60,758 bases of DNA from Minisyncoccota bacterium (GCA_041649495.1 JBAZMZ010000004.1:1-60758), one strand, 5' to 3'. Shown: positions 25,930 to 36,212, counted from the stretch's first letter. Numbers and translations: made by a program. The notes: generated from the letters alone by a model not told the origin.

Positions 25930-26274
25930 TTAGGGGTTAGTATTTGGGGATTTCGCCTCTAATTCGACCTCAACATTACTCAACCGGTGACGAATCGGAA
26001 AAGCTCGGCCGTGGGAGACTGGCTGGAAACGACGAATCACATTACCTTTATCAACCGTAATATTTTTGATATACAAATCAGCCTCATCTTTTTTGAAATT
26101 GGTTTTAGCATTGGCCACCGCTGAGAGCACCAGTTTCTTGATCGGCGCTGACGCTTTCTTAATTACAAAATCAAGATCGGCCAGAGCTTGGGTCACCGGC
26201 TTACCCTTAATCGCCTCCGTGACTAAACGAGTGCGACGAGGTGATTGATGAAGATTTTTTAGTGAAGCTTTCAT
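25930..26274 (-). CDS. rplV: Ribosomal protein uL22
   Basis: LHQSPRRTRLVTEAIKGKPVTQAL... Confidence 0.95.
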   Translation of the reverse strand: MKASLKNLHQSPRRTRLVTEAIKGKPVTQALADLDFVIKKASAPIKKLVLSAVANAKTNFKKDEADLYIKNITVDKGNVIRRFQPVSHGRAFPIRHRLSNVEVELEAKSPNTNP

Positions 26275-26406
26275 ATCTTGAAAATTGTTCTAATTGATCT
26301 AATTATTCTAATTTCTAAATAATTTCTAATGACATAATTTCTAAATTTGGGATTTGGGATTTATTTAGGTTAATTAGGTTAATTAAAAATTAGGTTAATT
26401 CTACTA
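26275..26406. repeat. AT-rich spacer element, family 3 (copy 4, longest)
   Basis: Fills the rpsS-rplV spacer. Confidence 0.8.
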
Positions 26407-26754
26407 TTATTTCTTAGCCGTATCCGTCGTTGTCGCTTTCGCCGCTTGCGCCGCCGCAATCTCGGATTCCTTCTTCTTGGCCTCAATTTCCTTCTGCATC
26501 TTACCGCCGTGTTTAGTAAACTTACGAGTCGGCGAGAATTCGCCCAAACGATGACCCACCATCTCTTCCATCACCAAAACTTCAACATGACTGCGACCAT
26601 TATGCACACCAAAAGTGAAGCCCACCATCTCGGGGCTAATTTGACTGCGTCGGGCCCAAGTTTTAACCACGTCAGATTCGCTCGGCTTTTTACCAGCGAT
26701 TTTCTTGAGCAATTTGGCGTCCACATAGGGACCTTTAGCTAATGACCTTGACAT
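26407..26754 (-). CDS. rpsS: Ribosomal protein uS19 (Lys/Ala-rich C-terminal tail)
   Basis: [19 protein letters not shown]...[13 protein letters not shown]. Confidence 0.95.
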   Translation of the reverse strand: MSRSLAKGPYVDAKLLKKIAGKKPSESDVVKTWARRSQISPEMVGFTFGVHNGRSHVEVLVMEEMVGHRLGEFSPTRKFTKHGGKMQKEIEAKKKESEIAAAQAAKATTTDTAKK

Positions 26755-26812
26755 ACACTATTTTAACCGCCCATTGAAGCAGACTCCCTGTCCGCCCTGA
26801 TGAGCTGGAGTT

Positions 26813-26840
26813 ATCATAGCAAAATAAGGGGAGATGTCAA
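26813..26840 (-). promoter_or_regulatory. Near-consensus promoter upstream of rpsS
   Basis: The minus strand reads TTGACA (26840-26835), a 16-nt spacer, then TATGAT (26818-26813). Confidence 0.5.
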
Positions 26841-26883
26841 ACAAAACTAATAACTAATTTTTGGAGTGTCAAACATCCGATGT

Positions 26884-27120
26884 TTAACACTCTCGGCGAA
26901 GTTTATCGTAATCCTCAACCGTTAGGTCGATCTGATTTAAAATTAGCCGAATTAAAGAGGTGTCGAGCGTTTTTCGAGAATGTTTGGGAACAATCGTATT
27001 TTTGCCGGTTTGTCCGCAATGCCAAAAGTAGTGGCTACCTTTGACTCGGATAAGCGAAAAACCCAACCTCTTGAGAATTTTCATCATCTTGGTTGATGAA
27101 ACTGGAACAAGCTTGGGCAT
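26884..27120 (-). CDS. hicA: HicA-family toxin (copy 2)
   Basis: MPKLVPVSSTKMMKILKRLGFSLIRVKGSHYFW...IVPKHSRK. Confidence 0.85.
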   Translation of the reverse strand: MPKLVPVSSTKMMKILKRLGFSLIRVKGSHYFWHCGQTGKNTIVPKHSRKTLDTSLIRLILNQIDLTVEDYDKLRREC

Positions 27121-27137
27121 TTTTAACCTTGTTTACC

Positions 27138-27371
27138 TTATTGGCAGGCTAATTCAAAAGTCTTAACCCGAGCGAGACTTCGAGGCATTACCTTTTGACC
27201 AAGAGATTTCTTTGCCTCCAGATACAAGCCAATCGCTTCCTCTAAATTGCGTTCCAAAACATTTAAACTCTTGGCTTGAGTATGACAACCAGGGAGAGCG
27301 GGAACGCTACCGATATAATAACCGTCTTCCCCTTTCTCAATAATCGCCATAAGTTTAGGATTCTTTTTCAT
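27138..27371 (-). CDS. hicB: HicB-family antitoxin (copy 2)
   Basis: MAIIEKGEDGYYIGSVPALPGCHTQAKSLNVLERNLEEAIGLYLE. The ATG at 27371 is preferred. Confidence 0.8.
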   Translation of the reverse strand: MKKNPKLMAIIEKGEDGYYIGSVPALPGCHTQAKSLNVLERNLEEAIGLYLEAKKSLGQKVMPRSLARVKTFELACQ

Positions 27372-27455
27372 TATCTTAATGGTAACGCAAACATAATCAA
27401 AAATCAAACAGCTAAGCGAGGCCTCGTTCAGTTAAACAACGCAGGCTAAGCGCCT

Positions 27456-28295
27456 TTAGCGCTTTTTGCCCACTTTGCGACGAGAGGCAATAAGGTGATT
27501 GGAATATTTCTTCGGGTGACGAGTTTTGCGACCGCCGGTGACCTTACCCCACTTCGTCTTCGGACGCTTGGTGCCACGACCCTGAACGCCTTCACCACCA
27601 CCGTAGGGGTGATCCACTGGATTCATCGCGGTACCGCGAACAGTTGGTCGGATACCGAGCCAACGCGAGCGACCCGCTTTGCCCAAATTAACCAATTTGT
27701 GTTCGTCATTAGACACTTCACCAATCGAGGCCCAACTCTTGTCGATAATTTTGCGAATTTCACTCGAAGGCATTTTGACCGAGGTGTAACCAGCATCATG
27801 CGAAACCACTTCAGCGTAAGAACCGGCCGAACGCACCAATTTGGCCCCACTCCCCGGCTTCACTTCAAGATTAAAAATGAAGGTGCCCACCGGAATTTTG
27901 AATAACGGCAAACGATTACCCGGTTTAATGCCGGCGGTTTCGGCCGTCAAAATTATCCCACCCACTTTAATCGCCTTAGGTAAAAGATGGTAACGGCGTT
28001 CGCCATCGCGATAGCAAACTAGGGCGATGAAGCCGGAGCGGTTGGGGTCATACTCCACTGTCTCTACCTTAGCGGGAATGTCAATTTTGTTATAAGAAAA
28101 ATCGATCTCGCGATAAAGTCGCTTGTGGCCACCGCCTTTATGACGAACCGTAATTCGCCCGTCGCTATTACGACCGACATGGCGCTTACCGCCCACCGTT
28201 AGAGGTTTATGAGGTTCGCTCGTCGTCAAATGCTTTCGATAATCAATCGAAACTAATTGGCGACGCGATGGGGTTGTTGGTTGGTATTTCTTCAT
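27456..28295 (-). CDS. rplB: Ribosomal protein uL2
   Basis: 279 aa with ...GGGHKRLYR...MNPVDHPYGGGEG. Confidence 0.95.
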   Translation of the reverse strand: MKKYQPTTPSRRQLVSIDYRKHLTTSEPHKPLTVGGKRHVGRNSDGRITVRHKGGGHKRLYREIDFSYNKIDIPAKVETVEYDPNRSGFIALVCYRDGERRYHLLPKAIKVGGIILTAETAGIKPGNRLPLFKIPVGTFIFNLEVKPGSGAKLVRSAGSYAEVVSHDAGYTSVKMPSSEIRKIIDKSWASIGEVSNDEHKLVNLGKAGRSRWLGIRPTVRGTAMNPVDHPYGGGEGVQGRGTKRPKTKWGKVTGGRKTRHPKKYSNHLIASRRKVGKKR

Positions 28296-28347
28296 ATTTT
28301 TATTTTTTTATTCGTAGATTCGCATGTATTCGTAAATTGGCATCGCA

Positions 28348-28644
28348 TTAAACTATTTCTATTTTGTCACCCGCCTTTAAATAAACAACCGCTTTCTTAA
28401 CCCCCGGCCGGCTCCCACGAATCCCGCGTTTGAAAGTTTTTTTCGAGGGCAAATTAACAATATTGATTTTAACCAGCGTCACTTTGTATTTGGCCACAAA
28501 AGACTCCTTAATCGTCCCCTTCGTTGCCCCACCATCGACGACAAAAACATAAGCTCCACGCTCACTAAGGGCCGTCGATTTTTCAGTAATGCGAGGTGAA
28601 CGCAAGACCAAAGTGTTATTTAATTGTTTACCGATTTTTGACAT
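28348..28644 (-). CDS. rplW: Ribosomal protein uL23
   Basis: LRSPRITEKSTALSERGAYVFVVD... Confidence 0.9.
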   Translation of the reverse strand: MSKIGKQLNNTLVLRSPRITEKSTALSERGAYVFVVDGGATKGTIKESFVAKYKVTLVKINIVNLPSKKTFKRGIRGSRPGVKKAVVYLKAGDKIEIV

Positions 28645-28692
28645 GATTATTTATGGTGATTTATACTGAGTTTATCGAAGTAGCGAGTCGAA

Positions 28693-29361
28693 CTATTTTT
28701 CTTGAGCGCGAGATTTCAAAACCGTTAAGCTCTCGCCTGGTTTAGTAATGACCAGATATTTATAATTCAACAAATCTAAAATATTTAAATTGTGGAGATC
28801 CGCGACTTGAGCGCTAGGAATATTACTAAAACTCCGTTTGGCCGACTGATCGTCTTGGGGCCAAGTTACAAGGGCGCGCTTACCCTTCTTGTAATTAATC
28901 TTGGCAAAACCAGCCTTGGCCAAATTATTAAGATAAATTTGGGCCTGCTTAGTTTTAGCTTCGGTCAAGGGTAAATCTTGAACAAAAATTATTTCGCCCT
29001 CTTTGAGCTTGCGAGACAAAACCGTCAAAAAAGCCTTGGCGCGCATTTTCTTATTAACCTTTTGGCTATAATTTTTCTCGGCTCTCGGGCCATGGGTGAC
29101 ACCACCCCCCACCCAAATCGGGGAACGCGAGGAACCATGACGGGCACGACCGGTCCCCTTCTGACGATAAGGTTTCTTGCCACCACCACTCACTTGGGCT
29201 CGATCCTTGGTGTCAGCCGTCACTCGGCGAGCATTCGCTTGGAGCGCTACCGCCACCTGATAGACCAGGTCATCATTCCACTTCACGCCAAAAATCGCTT
29301 CTGGCAAATTAGTCTGGCCGGCTTCTTTCCCCTCTGAATTGTAGATTTTGGCTTCAATCAT
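28693..29361 (-). CDS. rplD: Ribosomal protein uL4
   Basis: ...VSGGGKKPYRQKGTGRARHGSSRSPIWVGGG. Confidence 0.95.
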   Translation of the reverse strand: MIEAKIYNSEGKEAGQTNLPEAIFGVKWNDDLVYQVAVALQANARRVTADTKDRAQVSGGGKKPYRQKGTGRARHGSSRSPIWVGGGVTHGPRAEKNYSQKVNKKMRAKAFLTVLSRKLKEGEIIFVQDLPLTEAKTKQAQIYLNNLAKAGFAKINYKKGKRALVTWPQDDQSAKRSFSNIPSAQVADLHNLNILDLLNYKYLVITKPGESLTVLKSRAQEK

Positions 29362-29379
29362 GTTTTTAAACTTACCTGC

Positions 29380-30015
29380 TTACTTGCTGATTATCTCTAC
29401 TAGCGTTCCTTTGCGACCAGGCACGGCGCCCCGAATAAATAATTGATTATTTTCTTTATCAACTCGGGCCACAACCACATTCTTAATGGTGATTCGCTCG
29501 CCACCCATCCGACCAGCCATTCGCATCCCGGGGAAGACCCGTTGCTTACCACCAGCCCCAATCGAGCCCGGCTCGCGTTCAGAGTGTTTCTGACCGTGAC
29601 TGCGACGACCACCTTTGAAGCCGTGACGCTTAACCACCCCTTGAAAGCCCTTACCCTTAGAAATGGAGCTAACGATAACTTCATCCCCCTCGGCAAAAGT
29701 CGAGACATCAATCATCTCACCCACGCCGGTTTCTGGCAAAGCACTAGTTTTATTATTAAATTCTCGGATGAAAGCGAAGCCCTGCTCGCGCTCAGCCAAA
29801 GCCTTTTTAACTAAACCACGCTGAGGTTTATTTAAATTAGAGAGTCGGCGATTATTATAACCAACCACTAGTGAGTCATACTTACCTTCCTTTCCCGTCT
29901 TCTTCGCCTCAAGCACATAGATTGGCCCAGCCGAAATAACCGTCCCCGGGACAACCTTGCCCGACTCGTCAAAAAGTTGAGTCATTTTCTCCTTTTGGCC
30001 AAGAATAAATTTCAT
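29380..30015 (-). CDS. rplC: Ribosomal protein uL3
   Basis: MKFILGQKEKMTQLFDESG...KGKGFQGVVKRHGF. Confidence 0.95.
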   Translation of the reverse strand: MKFILGQKEKMTQLFDESGKVVPGTVISAGPIYVLEAKKTGKEGKYDSLVVGYNNRRLSNLNKPQRGLVKKALAEREQGFAFIREFNNKTSALPETGVGEMIDVSTFAEGDEVIVSSISKGKGFQGVVKRHGFKGGRRSHGQKHSEREPGSIGAGGKQRVFPGMRMAGRMGGERITIKNVVVARVDKENNQLFIRGAVPGRKGTLVEIISK

Positions 30016-30079
30016 AAAGGTAAAAATAATAGCTCGTTTGAGCTTTGATTTATATTAACAGAATACCGTTTAAAGTCAA

Positions 30080-30268
30080 TTATCTTGGAGTTGAGGACCC
30101 AGTTTGAGCCATCGTCGAGGTGCTAGAAAATTCAGAGCTGACGGCCATGTTAACATTCGCCAGATTCGAGTTCGAGCTATTAAGCCGATTGGGTGATAAT
30201 AAATAAGCCAACCCGCCCACCACGAGAATCAAGACAATCAAGATGGCCGAAGAGAAATCTTTAAACAT
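30080..30268 (-). CDS. Hypothetical 62-aa membrane-anchored protein between rpsJ and rplC
   Basis: Has one TM segment (AILIVLILVVGGLAYLL) and a Ser-rich tail. TATAAT lies 7 nt before the ATG. Confidence 0.4.
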   Translation of the reverse strand: MFKDFSSAILIVLILVVGGLAYLLSPNRLNSSNSNLANVNMAVSSEFSSTSTMAQTGSSTPR

Positions 30269-30300
30269 CCCCCTGATTATACATCTCTAAAGCTCAAACG

Positions 30301-30335
30301 CAAACTCCCGCCGAGCTTAGCTCGGCGGGAGTTTG
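30301..30335 (-). terminator. Strong 16-bp hairpin directly after rpsJ
   Basis: CAAACTCCCGCCGAGC tta GCTCGGCGGGAGTTTG. Confidence 0.6.
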
Positions 30336-30362
30336 CTTCTACTTTTTTGTTGTTTGTTAACT

Positions 30363-30740
30363 CTAAAGCATTTTTACATCGATATTCACCCCACTTGGCA
30401 AATTGATATTCGTGAGGCTCTCAATCAATTTGGGCGAAGGGTTGGAGATATCAATTAGGCGTTTGTGAACACGCATCTCAAATTGCTCTCGCGAATTCTT
30501 ATCGATAAAAGAACTGCGGTTGACCGTATATTTCTTGATTTCGGTCGGCAACGGAATTGGCCCCTCAATCTGACCATCATAACGAGCCGCGGTATCCACA
30601 ATCTGCTTAACGCTGGCATCCAAGACCTTGTGCTCGTAGGCTGAAATGCGAATTCGCAACTTAGCGACTTCTTTCGCCTCCTCCTTCTTAGCTCGAGGTT
30701 TGGTGGTCTTTTTGGGTTTAGCTTTTGTTTCCGTTTCCAT
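30363..30740 (-). CDS. rpsJ: Ribosomal protein uS10 (Lys-rich N-terminal extension)
   Basis: [25 protein letters not shown]... Confidence 0.95.
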   Translation of the reverse strand: METETKAKPKKTTKPRAKKEEAKEVAKLRIRISAYEHKVLDASVKQIVDTAARYDGQIEGPIPLPTEIKKYTVNRSSFIDKNSREQFEMRVHKRLIDISNPSPKLIESLTNINLPSGVNIDVKML

Positions 30741-30779
30741 ATTTTTTTAATGAGCGAATCTGATTTGATTAGCTGAGAC

Positions 30780-31988
30780 TTAGGCCGTGATCTTAGTGAC
30801 CACCCCAGCCCCGACGGTCTTGCCACCCTCGCGGATAGCGAAACGATGCTTTTCTTCCAAAGCGACCGGAGCGATTAATTTGACATTAACATTAACAGTA
30901 TCACCGGGCATCACCATTTTAACATCCTCTGGCAAAATCACCTCACCCGTTACGTCAGTGGTGCGAATATAGAATTGGGGCTTGTAACCAGCAAAGAACG
31001 GGGTATGGCGACCGCCTTCCTCCTTGGTCAAAACATAAACTTCGGCGGTAAATTCGGTATGAGGCGTAATCGAACCTGGTTTGGCCAAAACTTGGCCCCG
31101 AGTCACATCCTCCTTCTTCAAACCGCGCAAGAGAATACCAGCGTTGTCGCCCGCCATCCCCTCATCAAGCTGTTTGTTGAACATCTCGATACCAGTAATG
31201 GTGGTTTTGATCGTCGGTTTAAGGCCAACAATTTCGATTTCTTCACCCACCTTGACTTTACCGCGTTCGATTCGGCCGGTAACGACCGTCCCGCGACCTT
31301 CAATTGAGAAGATGTCTTCGATTGGCATCAAGAATGGCTTTTCTACCTCACGAACTGGATCAGGAATATATTCATCCATAGCCGTCACGAGCTCCATAAT
31401 CTTCTTGGCCCACTCGTCATCAAGCGATTTAGCGTCAAGAGCTTTAAGGGCGGAGCCACGGATAACTGGGGTATTGGCGCCGTCAAAACCTTGTTTGGTC
31501 AAAAGTTCGCGCACTTCTTCCTCAACCATATCAATTAATTCTTTGTCGCTATCAGGAATCATGTCTACCTTATTGATGAAGACGATAATTTTCGGCACAC
31601 CAACTTGGCGAGCCAAAAGAATATGCTCACGCGTTTGAGGCATCAAACCGTCAGTCGCGGCCACCACAATCACGGCCCCGTCCATCTGGGCAGCCCCAGT
31701 AATCATATTTTTGATATAGTCGGCGTGACCGGGCGCATCGATGTGCGCGTAGTGACGCTTTGGGGTGCTATACTCGGAGTGATGAAGGGCAATAGTGATC
31801 CCTCGCGCCTTTTCTTCGGGCGCGTTATCAATTTTATCAACCGCTTCAACCCGCGCGGTATAGCCCTGATCTTTAGCCATATCAAGGGTGTGAGTAATCG
31901 CTGCCGTCAAAGTGGTCTTGCCGTGGTCAACGTGACCAATGGTGCCCACGTTAACGTGTGGCTTGGAACGATCAAATTTATCTGCCAT
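30780..31988 (-). CDS. tuf: Elongation factor Tu
   Basis: [23 protein letters not shown]...DAPGHADY... Confidence 0.97.
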   Translation of the reverse strand: MADKFDRSKPHVNVGTIGHVDHGKTTLTAAITHTLDMAKDQGYTARVEAVDKIDNAPEEKARGITIALHHSEYSTPKRHYAHIDAPGHADYIKNMITGAAQMDGAVIVVAATDGLMPQTREHILLARQVGVPKIIVFINKVDMIPDSDKELIDMVEEEVRELLTKQGFDGANTPVIRGSALKALDAKSLDDEWAKKIMELVTAMDEYIPDPVREVEKPFLMPIEDIFSIEGRGTVVTGRIERGKVKVGEEIEIVGLKPTIKTTITGIEMFNKQLDEGMAGDNAGILLRGLKKEDVTRGQVLAKPGSITPHTEFTAEVYVLTKEEGGRHTPFFAGYKPQFYIRTTDVTGEVILPEDVKMVMPGDTVNVNVKLIAPVALEEKHRFAIREGGKTVGAGVVTKITA

Positions 31989-32118
31989 AGTTTACTTAAA
32001 AATTAGCTAATTAATAATAATTTAATAACAAAAAGTTTGCGCTAAGACGCAACAATAATCTTACACAAAACCCCGAAATAAGTCAAACCCTTCAGCTTCG
32101 TTCAGGGCAAACAACAAT

Positions 32119-32148
32119 CGGCCGGTTTCGCTTTCGCGAAACCGGCCG
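32119..32148 (-). terminator. GC-rich hairpin after the 166-aa orphan gene
   Basis: CGGCCGGTTTCGC tttc GCGAAACCGGCCG. Confidence 0.55.
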
Positions 32149-32169
32149 GTACGAACTTATGACACCCCT

Positions 32170-32670
32170 CTACTCCCCCACCAAAGCCAACGGCCGGCTC
32201 GGCGAGGGTTTGAGCCCTAAACACCGGAGCACCCACCTCAACTTCGTGGGGTTATCGTCCCCCGCGTCACTTAATAGGACAATGATCGCCCCTTCGGCGA
32301 GTCGGGAACGCGTCCAGTCACAGACGAGACACTCCTCCTGGTCGACGCTAGCCACCGACCGTGGCTGGACAAACACCAACGCGTCGAAACCCGTCCGGCG
32401 ACCAAGACAATCTCTCGACCAGCCCGGGTCCCAATCAGCGATCGTCTTCACCGTCGGATTGGATTCCCCTGGCTCCCATTGGCTGACCTCCAGTTGGCCG
32501 TCGCAATGAAGCCCGGTCAGCCAGGTGTTAAAAAGATCCTGGACTAACCCTTTATCCCCCCTCACAATCGCCCAGACCGCGCGATGCTGTCCAAGCAATT
32601 CCGCCACGATCAACTGCCCCAAGGGCAACTCCGCCCCGAACACAATCAAGGAAACCACGGGGTAATTCAT
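32170..32670 (-). CDS. Hypothetical 166-aa protein, G+C-rich, between fusA and tuf
   Basis: The ATG at 32670 is preceded by GAAAGGAAGGAGAAGG. The opposite-strand ORF is Ser/Pro/Arg-rich low complexity. Confidence 0.55.
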   Translation of the reverse strand: MNYPVVSLIVFGAELPLGQLIVAELLGQHRAVWAIVRGDKGLVQDLFNTWLTGLHCDGQLEVSQWEPGESNPTVKTIADWDPGWSRDCLGRRTGFDALVFVQPRSVASVDQEECLVCDWTRSRLAEGAIIVLLSDAGDDNPTKLRWVLRCLGLKPSPSRPLALVGE

Positions 32671-32808
32671 TATCCTTCTCCTTCCTTTCAGACCATCACC
32701 CGATGGTCGGCCAAACACCCTCTTTCGACAATTCAAACAACACCTTTTTACTCCTTTTTGGTTATAGTACAGCTTTAATTATTTGTCACTCTCGCCCACA
32801 ATTCGACG

Positions 32809-34950
32809 TTATTTCCTTGATTCGATAATCGTCTGGGCCACACTGGTGGGGATGATGGCGTATTCGAGAAATTCCATCGTGAAGTTAGCCCGACCTTCGG
32901 TCATCGAGCGGAGGGTGGTCATATAACCAAACATTTCAGAGAGCGGAACTTTGGCGGTAATCACCTTGATTTCATTGCGATCAACCATTGATTCGATTTG
33001 GCCACGTTTGGACGACAGGTGGCCGGTGACATCGCCCATAAATTTCTCAGGCGTAGTCACTTCGACTTTCATAATCGGTTCGAGCAAAACAGGCTTGGCG
33101 CGTCGAGTCGCATCTTGAATGGCCATCGAGCCAGCCATTTTGAAGGCCATTTCCGACGAGTCCACTTCGTGATAAGAACCATCATAAAGCTCCACCGACA
33201 CATCCACCATTTCGAAGCCAGCCAAAACACCGCGCGATAAACCTTCGCGCACCCCTTTCTCAATCGCCGGAATATATTCCGCCGGCACAACTCCCCCCTT
33301 AATGTTATTGATAAATTCGAAATTCGCTTCGCGTTTGATATTCTTAGCAATTTTTTTATCCGTCTCCACCTCTTTCGGCAAAGGCTTAATGCGCAAACGA
33401 ACATGGCCATATTGACCACGACCACCGGATTGCTTAATGTATTTGCCCTCCGCTTCCGCTTCGCCCGTAATCGTCTCTTTATAAGCCACTTGCGGTTTGC
33501 CAGTATTCGCCTCCACGTTGAATTCGCGCTTCATTCGTTCCACCAACACCTCCAAGTGCAACTCGCCCATGCCCGCAATAATCGTCTCCATGGTTTCGGG
33601 ATCAGTTTTGATCCGGAAGGTGGGGTCTTCGTCTGACAATTTCTTCATGGCAAGGCCCATCTTCTCTTGGTCGGCTTTGGTCTTAGGTTCAATCCGCATT
33701 TCGATAACCGGTTCCGGCGAAATAATCCCTTCCAAAATAATCGGCTTATTCTCATCACACAAGGTATGACCAGTCTTCGTATTTTTCAAACCGACAATCG
33801 CGGCAATTTCCCCCGCGTAAACCTCTTCCACCTCTTCGCGATGGTTAGCGTGCAAACGAACAATTCGACCCACGCGTTCCCTTTCTTCATTGATCGGGTT
33901 ATAAACATAAGAACCAGACTTGAGCATGCCAGAGTAAACTCGGAAGAAGGTTAATTGACCCACAAACGGATCGGCTTGGAGTTTGAAGGCTAGCGCCGAG
34001 AAGGCTTCGTCGTCAGACGTCTGGCGAGTCTCCTCATCGCCTGTCGTGGGATTCGTGCCTTTAATCCCCGGCATATCCAAGGGGCTAGGCAAATAATCAA
34101 CCACGGCATCAAGCATTAATTGCACCCCTTTGTTCTTCAGGGCTGAACCACACAAAACTGGGAAAATTTCATTGGCAATCGTGGCTTTCCTCAAGACCCT
34201 CTTCAAATCCTCAATCGAAATTTCTTTGCCCTCTAAGAAATCCGTCGTTAATTGTTCATCGTGCTCAGCAATTCTCTCCACCAATTCAGCGCGAGCACTT
34301 TTGGCATCCTCAAGATATTTCTCAGGAATTTCAATTTCTTTAAGATCCTTGCCCTTGTCTCCCTCGAAGAGGTAGCCCTTCATTTTGAGCAAATCAATCA
34401 CCCCTTCGTGTTCCGAATCAACGCCGATGGGCAATTGAATTCGCACCGCCTTCTTCGACAAACGATCCAAAATAGTTTTAAAAGAATGGTCAAACGAGGC
34501 CCCCATCCGGTCAAGTTTATTAACAAAGCAAAGACGGGGCACCTTGGCCTCATCGGCATAACGCCAATTGGTCTCGGATTGCGGTTCTACCCCCGCCACC
34601 CCATCAAAAATAACGACCGCACCATCGAGCACGCGCAAAGAACGCTTAACCTCAACGGTAAAGTCGATGTGCCCCGGGGTATCAATAATATTCAAACGAT
34701 GTTTACGATCGGCCTGGCCAACGTCGCAAGTTGGCGTCCAAAAAGCGGTGGTCGCCGCCGAACAAATCGTAATCCCGCGCTCGCGCTCTTGATCCATCCA
34801 GTCCATTGTCGCTTCGCCCTCATGGACCTCCCCGATTTTGTGGGAAATACCGGTATAAAAAAGAACCCGCTCCGAGACCGTCGTTTTGCCGGCATCGATG
34901 TGAGCGATAATTCCAATATTACGAACCTTTTCTAATGGATAATCCCGCAT
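32809..34950 (-). CDS. fusA: Elongation factor G
   Basis: [25 protein letters not shown]...DTPGHIDF... Confidence 0.97.
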   Translation of the reverse strand: MRDYPLEKVRNIGIIAHIDAGKTTVSERVLFYTGISHKIGEVHEGEATMDWMDQERERGITICSAATTAFWTPTCDVGQADRKHRLNIIDTPGHIDFTVEVKRSLRVLDGAVVIFDGVAGVEPQSETNWRYADEAKVPRLCFVNKLDRMGASFDHSFKTILDRLSKKAVRIQLPIGVDSEHEGVIDLLKMKGYLFEGDKGKDLKEIEIPEKYLEDAKSARAELVERIAEHDEQLTTDFLEGKEISIEDLKRVLRKATIANEIFPVLCGSALKNKGVQLMLDAVVDYLPSPLDMPGIKGTNPTTGDEETRQTSDDEAFSALAFKLQADPFVGQLTFFRVYSGMLKSGSYVYNPINEERERVGRIVRLHANHREEVEEVYAGEIAAIVGLKNTKTGHTLCDENKPIILEGIISPEPVIEMRIEPKTKADQEKMGLAMKKLSDEDPTFRIKTDPETMETIIAGMGELHLEVLVERMKREFNVEANTGKPQVAYKETITGEAEAEGKYIKQSGGRGQYGHVRLRIKPLPKEVETDKKIAKNIKREANFEFINNIKGGVVPAEYIPAIEKGVREGLSRGVLAGFEMVDVSVELYDGSYHEVDSSEMAFKMAGSMAIQDATRRAKPVLLEPIMKVEVTTPEKFMGDVTGHLSSKRGQIESMVDRNEIKVITAKVPLSEMFGYMTTLRSMTEGRANFTMEFLEYAIIPTSVAQTIIESRK

Positions 34951-34961
34951 AAACTCTTAAA

Positions 34962-35441
34962 TTATTTTTTTCGCTTTAAAGCAAAATGAGCAAAAGCGCG
35001 GTTGGCTTCGGCCATTTTGTGAACATTCTCGCGCTTCTTAACAGCCTCGCCCTCGTTCTTAGCCGCCGCCATAATTTCATCGGCCAATTTATCAGCCATC
35101 CCCTTACCTTTTTTACTCTTGGCCGCCTCGATAATCCAACGAAAGGTTAAGGCCTGCTTACGTTCCGGTCGGACCTCGTGAGGCACTTGATAATTGGCCC
35201 CACCAACGCGACGAGAACGAACTTCGACTTGAGGCGCGACATTACGAATCGCCGTTTCGAAAACTTCTAACGGCTCTTCTTTGGTCTTCTCCTTGATTTT
35301 GGCAAACGCACCGTAGACCAAAGCGCGCGCGACATTCTTCTTGCCTCGCTCCATCACATAATTGATCAATTTTTCAACCTTAAGCGACTGATACTCATGA
35401 TCAGGGCTTAAGCGTTCGGTTTTTTTAGTTGGTCGTCGCAT
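34962..35441 (-). CDS. rpsG: Ribosomal protein uS7
   Basis: ...RSRRVGGANYQVPHEVRPERKQALTFRWI. Confidence 0.95.
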   Translation of the reverse strand: MRRPTKKTERLSPDHEYQSLKVEKLINYVMERGKKNVARALVYGAFAKIKEKTKEEPLEVFETAIRNVAPQVEVRSRRVGGANYQVPHEVRPERKQALTFRWIIEAAKSKKGKGMADKLADEIMAAAKNEGEAVKKRENVHKMAEANRAFAHFALKRKK

Positions 35442-35484
35442 ATTTTTGTTTATTCCCTATATACTACATACTAATCCCTAAATA

Positions 35485-35898
35485 CTACTTCTTGGGTTTC
35501 TTGTTACCGTAAAGACTGCGACCTTGTCGACGTTTCTCCACTCCGGCCGTATCTAAGACACCGCGGACAATATGGTAACGAACACCCGGCAAGTCCTTAA
35601 CCCGACCACCCCGAATCACCACCACGCTGTGCTCTTGCAAATTGTGACCCATACCCGGGATATAAGCCGTCACTTCCATCCCATTGGTCAAACGCACCCG
35701 GGCAATCTTACGCAAAGCGGAGTTTGGCTTTTTCGGGGTAGTAGTTTTGACCTGCAAACAGACGCCCCGTTTAAAAGGTGAGGGGTAAAAAATCGGTCGA
35801 TTCTTCAAAGTATTGAAACCGCGCGCCAAAGCCACCGTGGTCGCCTTACGCTTAACACTTTTTCTTGGCTTGCGAATTAATTGATTGATTGTTGGCAT
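35485..35898 (-). CDS. rpsL: Ribosomal protein uS12
   Basis: [13 protein letters not shown]...[10 protein letters not shown]... The ATG at 35898 is preferred. Confidence 0.95.
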   Translation of the reverse strand: MPTINQLIRKPRKSVKRKATTVALARGFNTLKNRPIFYPSPFKRGVCLQVKTTTPKKPNSALRKIARVRLTNGMEVTAYIPGMGHNLQEHSVVVIRGGRVKDLPGVRYHIVRGVLDTAGVEKRRQGRSLYGNKKPKK

Positions 35899-35966
35899 AA
35901 AATAAACCCAACCCGTAAACAAGCGGGACAAGCACTACTTTAATATAAATGGTTTAAAAAAGCAAC

Positions 35967-36212
35967 CTATTTGGTATAAAAATGCTTATCTAATTCTTCC
36001 TCAGGAATATAATTCGAAGCTTGCTCGTAAATTGCCTTGATTGTACCCTTGGTCAATTCTTTATGCGCCGGAACGGTTAAAACTTGATGATGGCCATTTA
36101 TTGTCCTTCTTAACTTAATATGGCTACCTCTTTGCGAGTAAAAGTTGAAACTAAAAACAGCGAGAATTTTAACAATATCCTTGTTTGATAAAACCCTTAG
36201 CTTATTAGGCAT
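35967..36212 (-). CDS. hicA: HicA-family toxin (copy 3)
   Basis: MPNKLRVLSNKDIVKILAVFSFNFYSQRGSHIKL...TVPAHKEL. Confidence 0.75.
   Translation of the reverse strand: MPNKLRVLSNKDIVKILAVFSFNFYSQRGSHIKLRRTINGHHQVLTVPAHKELTKGTIKAIYEQASNYIPEEELDKHFYTK

Noticed and set aside
16951-26406. Possibility that the recurring spacer repeats are a CRISPR array
   Set aside because: The repeats are separated by full-length conserved genes rather than by short unique spacers. Repeat lengths vary, several families are involved, and no cas genes are present.
26796-26825. CTGATGAG string reminiscent of a hammerhead ribozyme core
   Set aside because: It lies on the antisense strand relative to the operon. Stem II would be only 3 bp, and the required GAAA and cleavage-site helices are not present.
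31081-31638. Plus-strand ORFs antisense to tuf, fusA, rplB and others (for example 31081-31638, 34252-34935, 27495-27905)
   Set aside because: They overlap unmistakable, highly conserved minus-strand genes. Their translations are low-complexity, so they are shadow ORFs.
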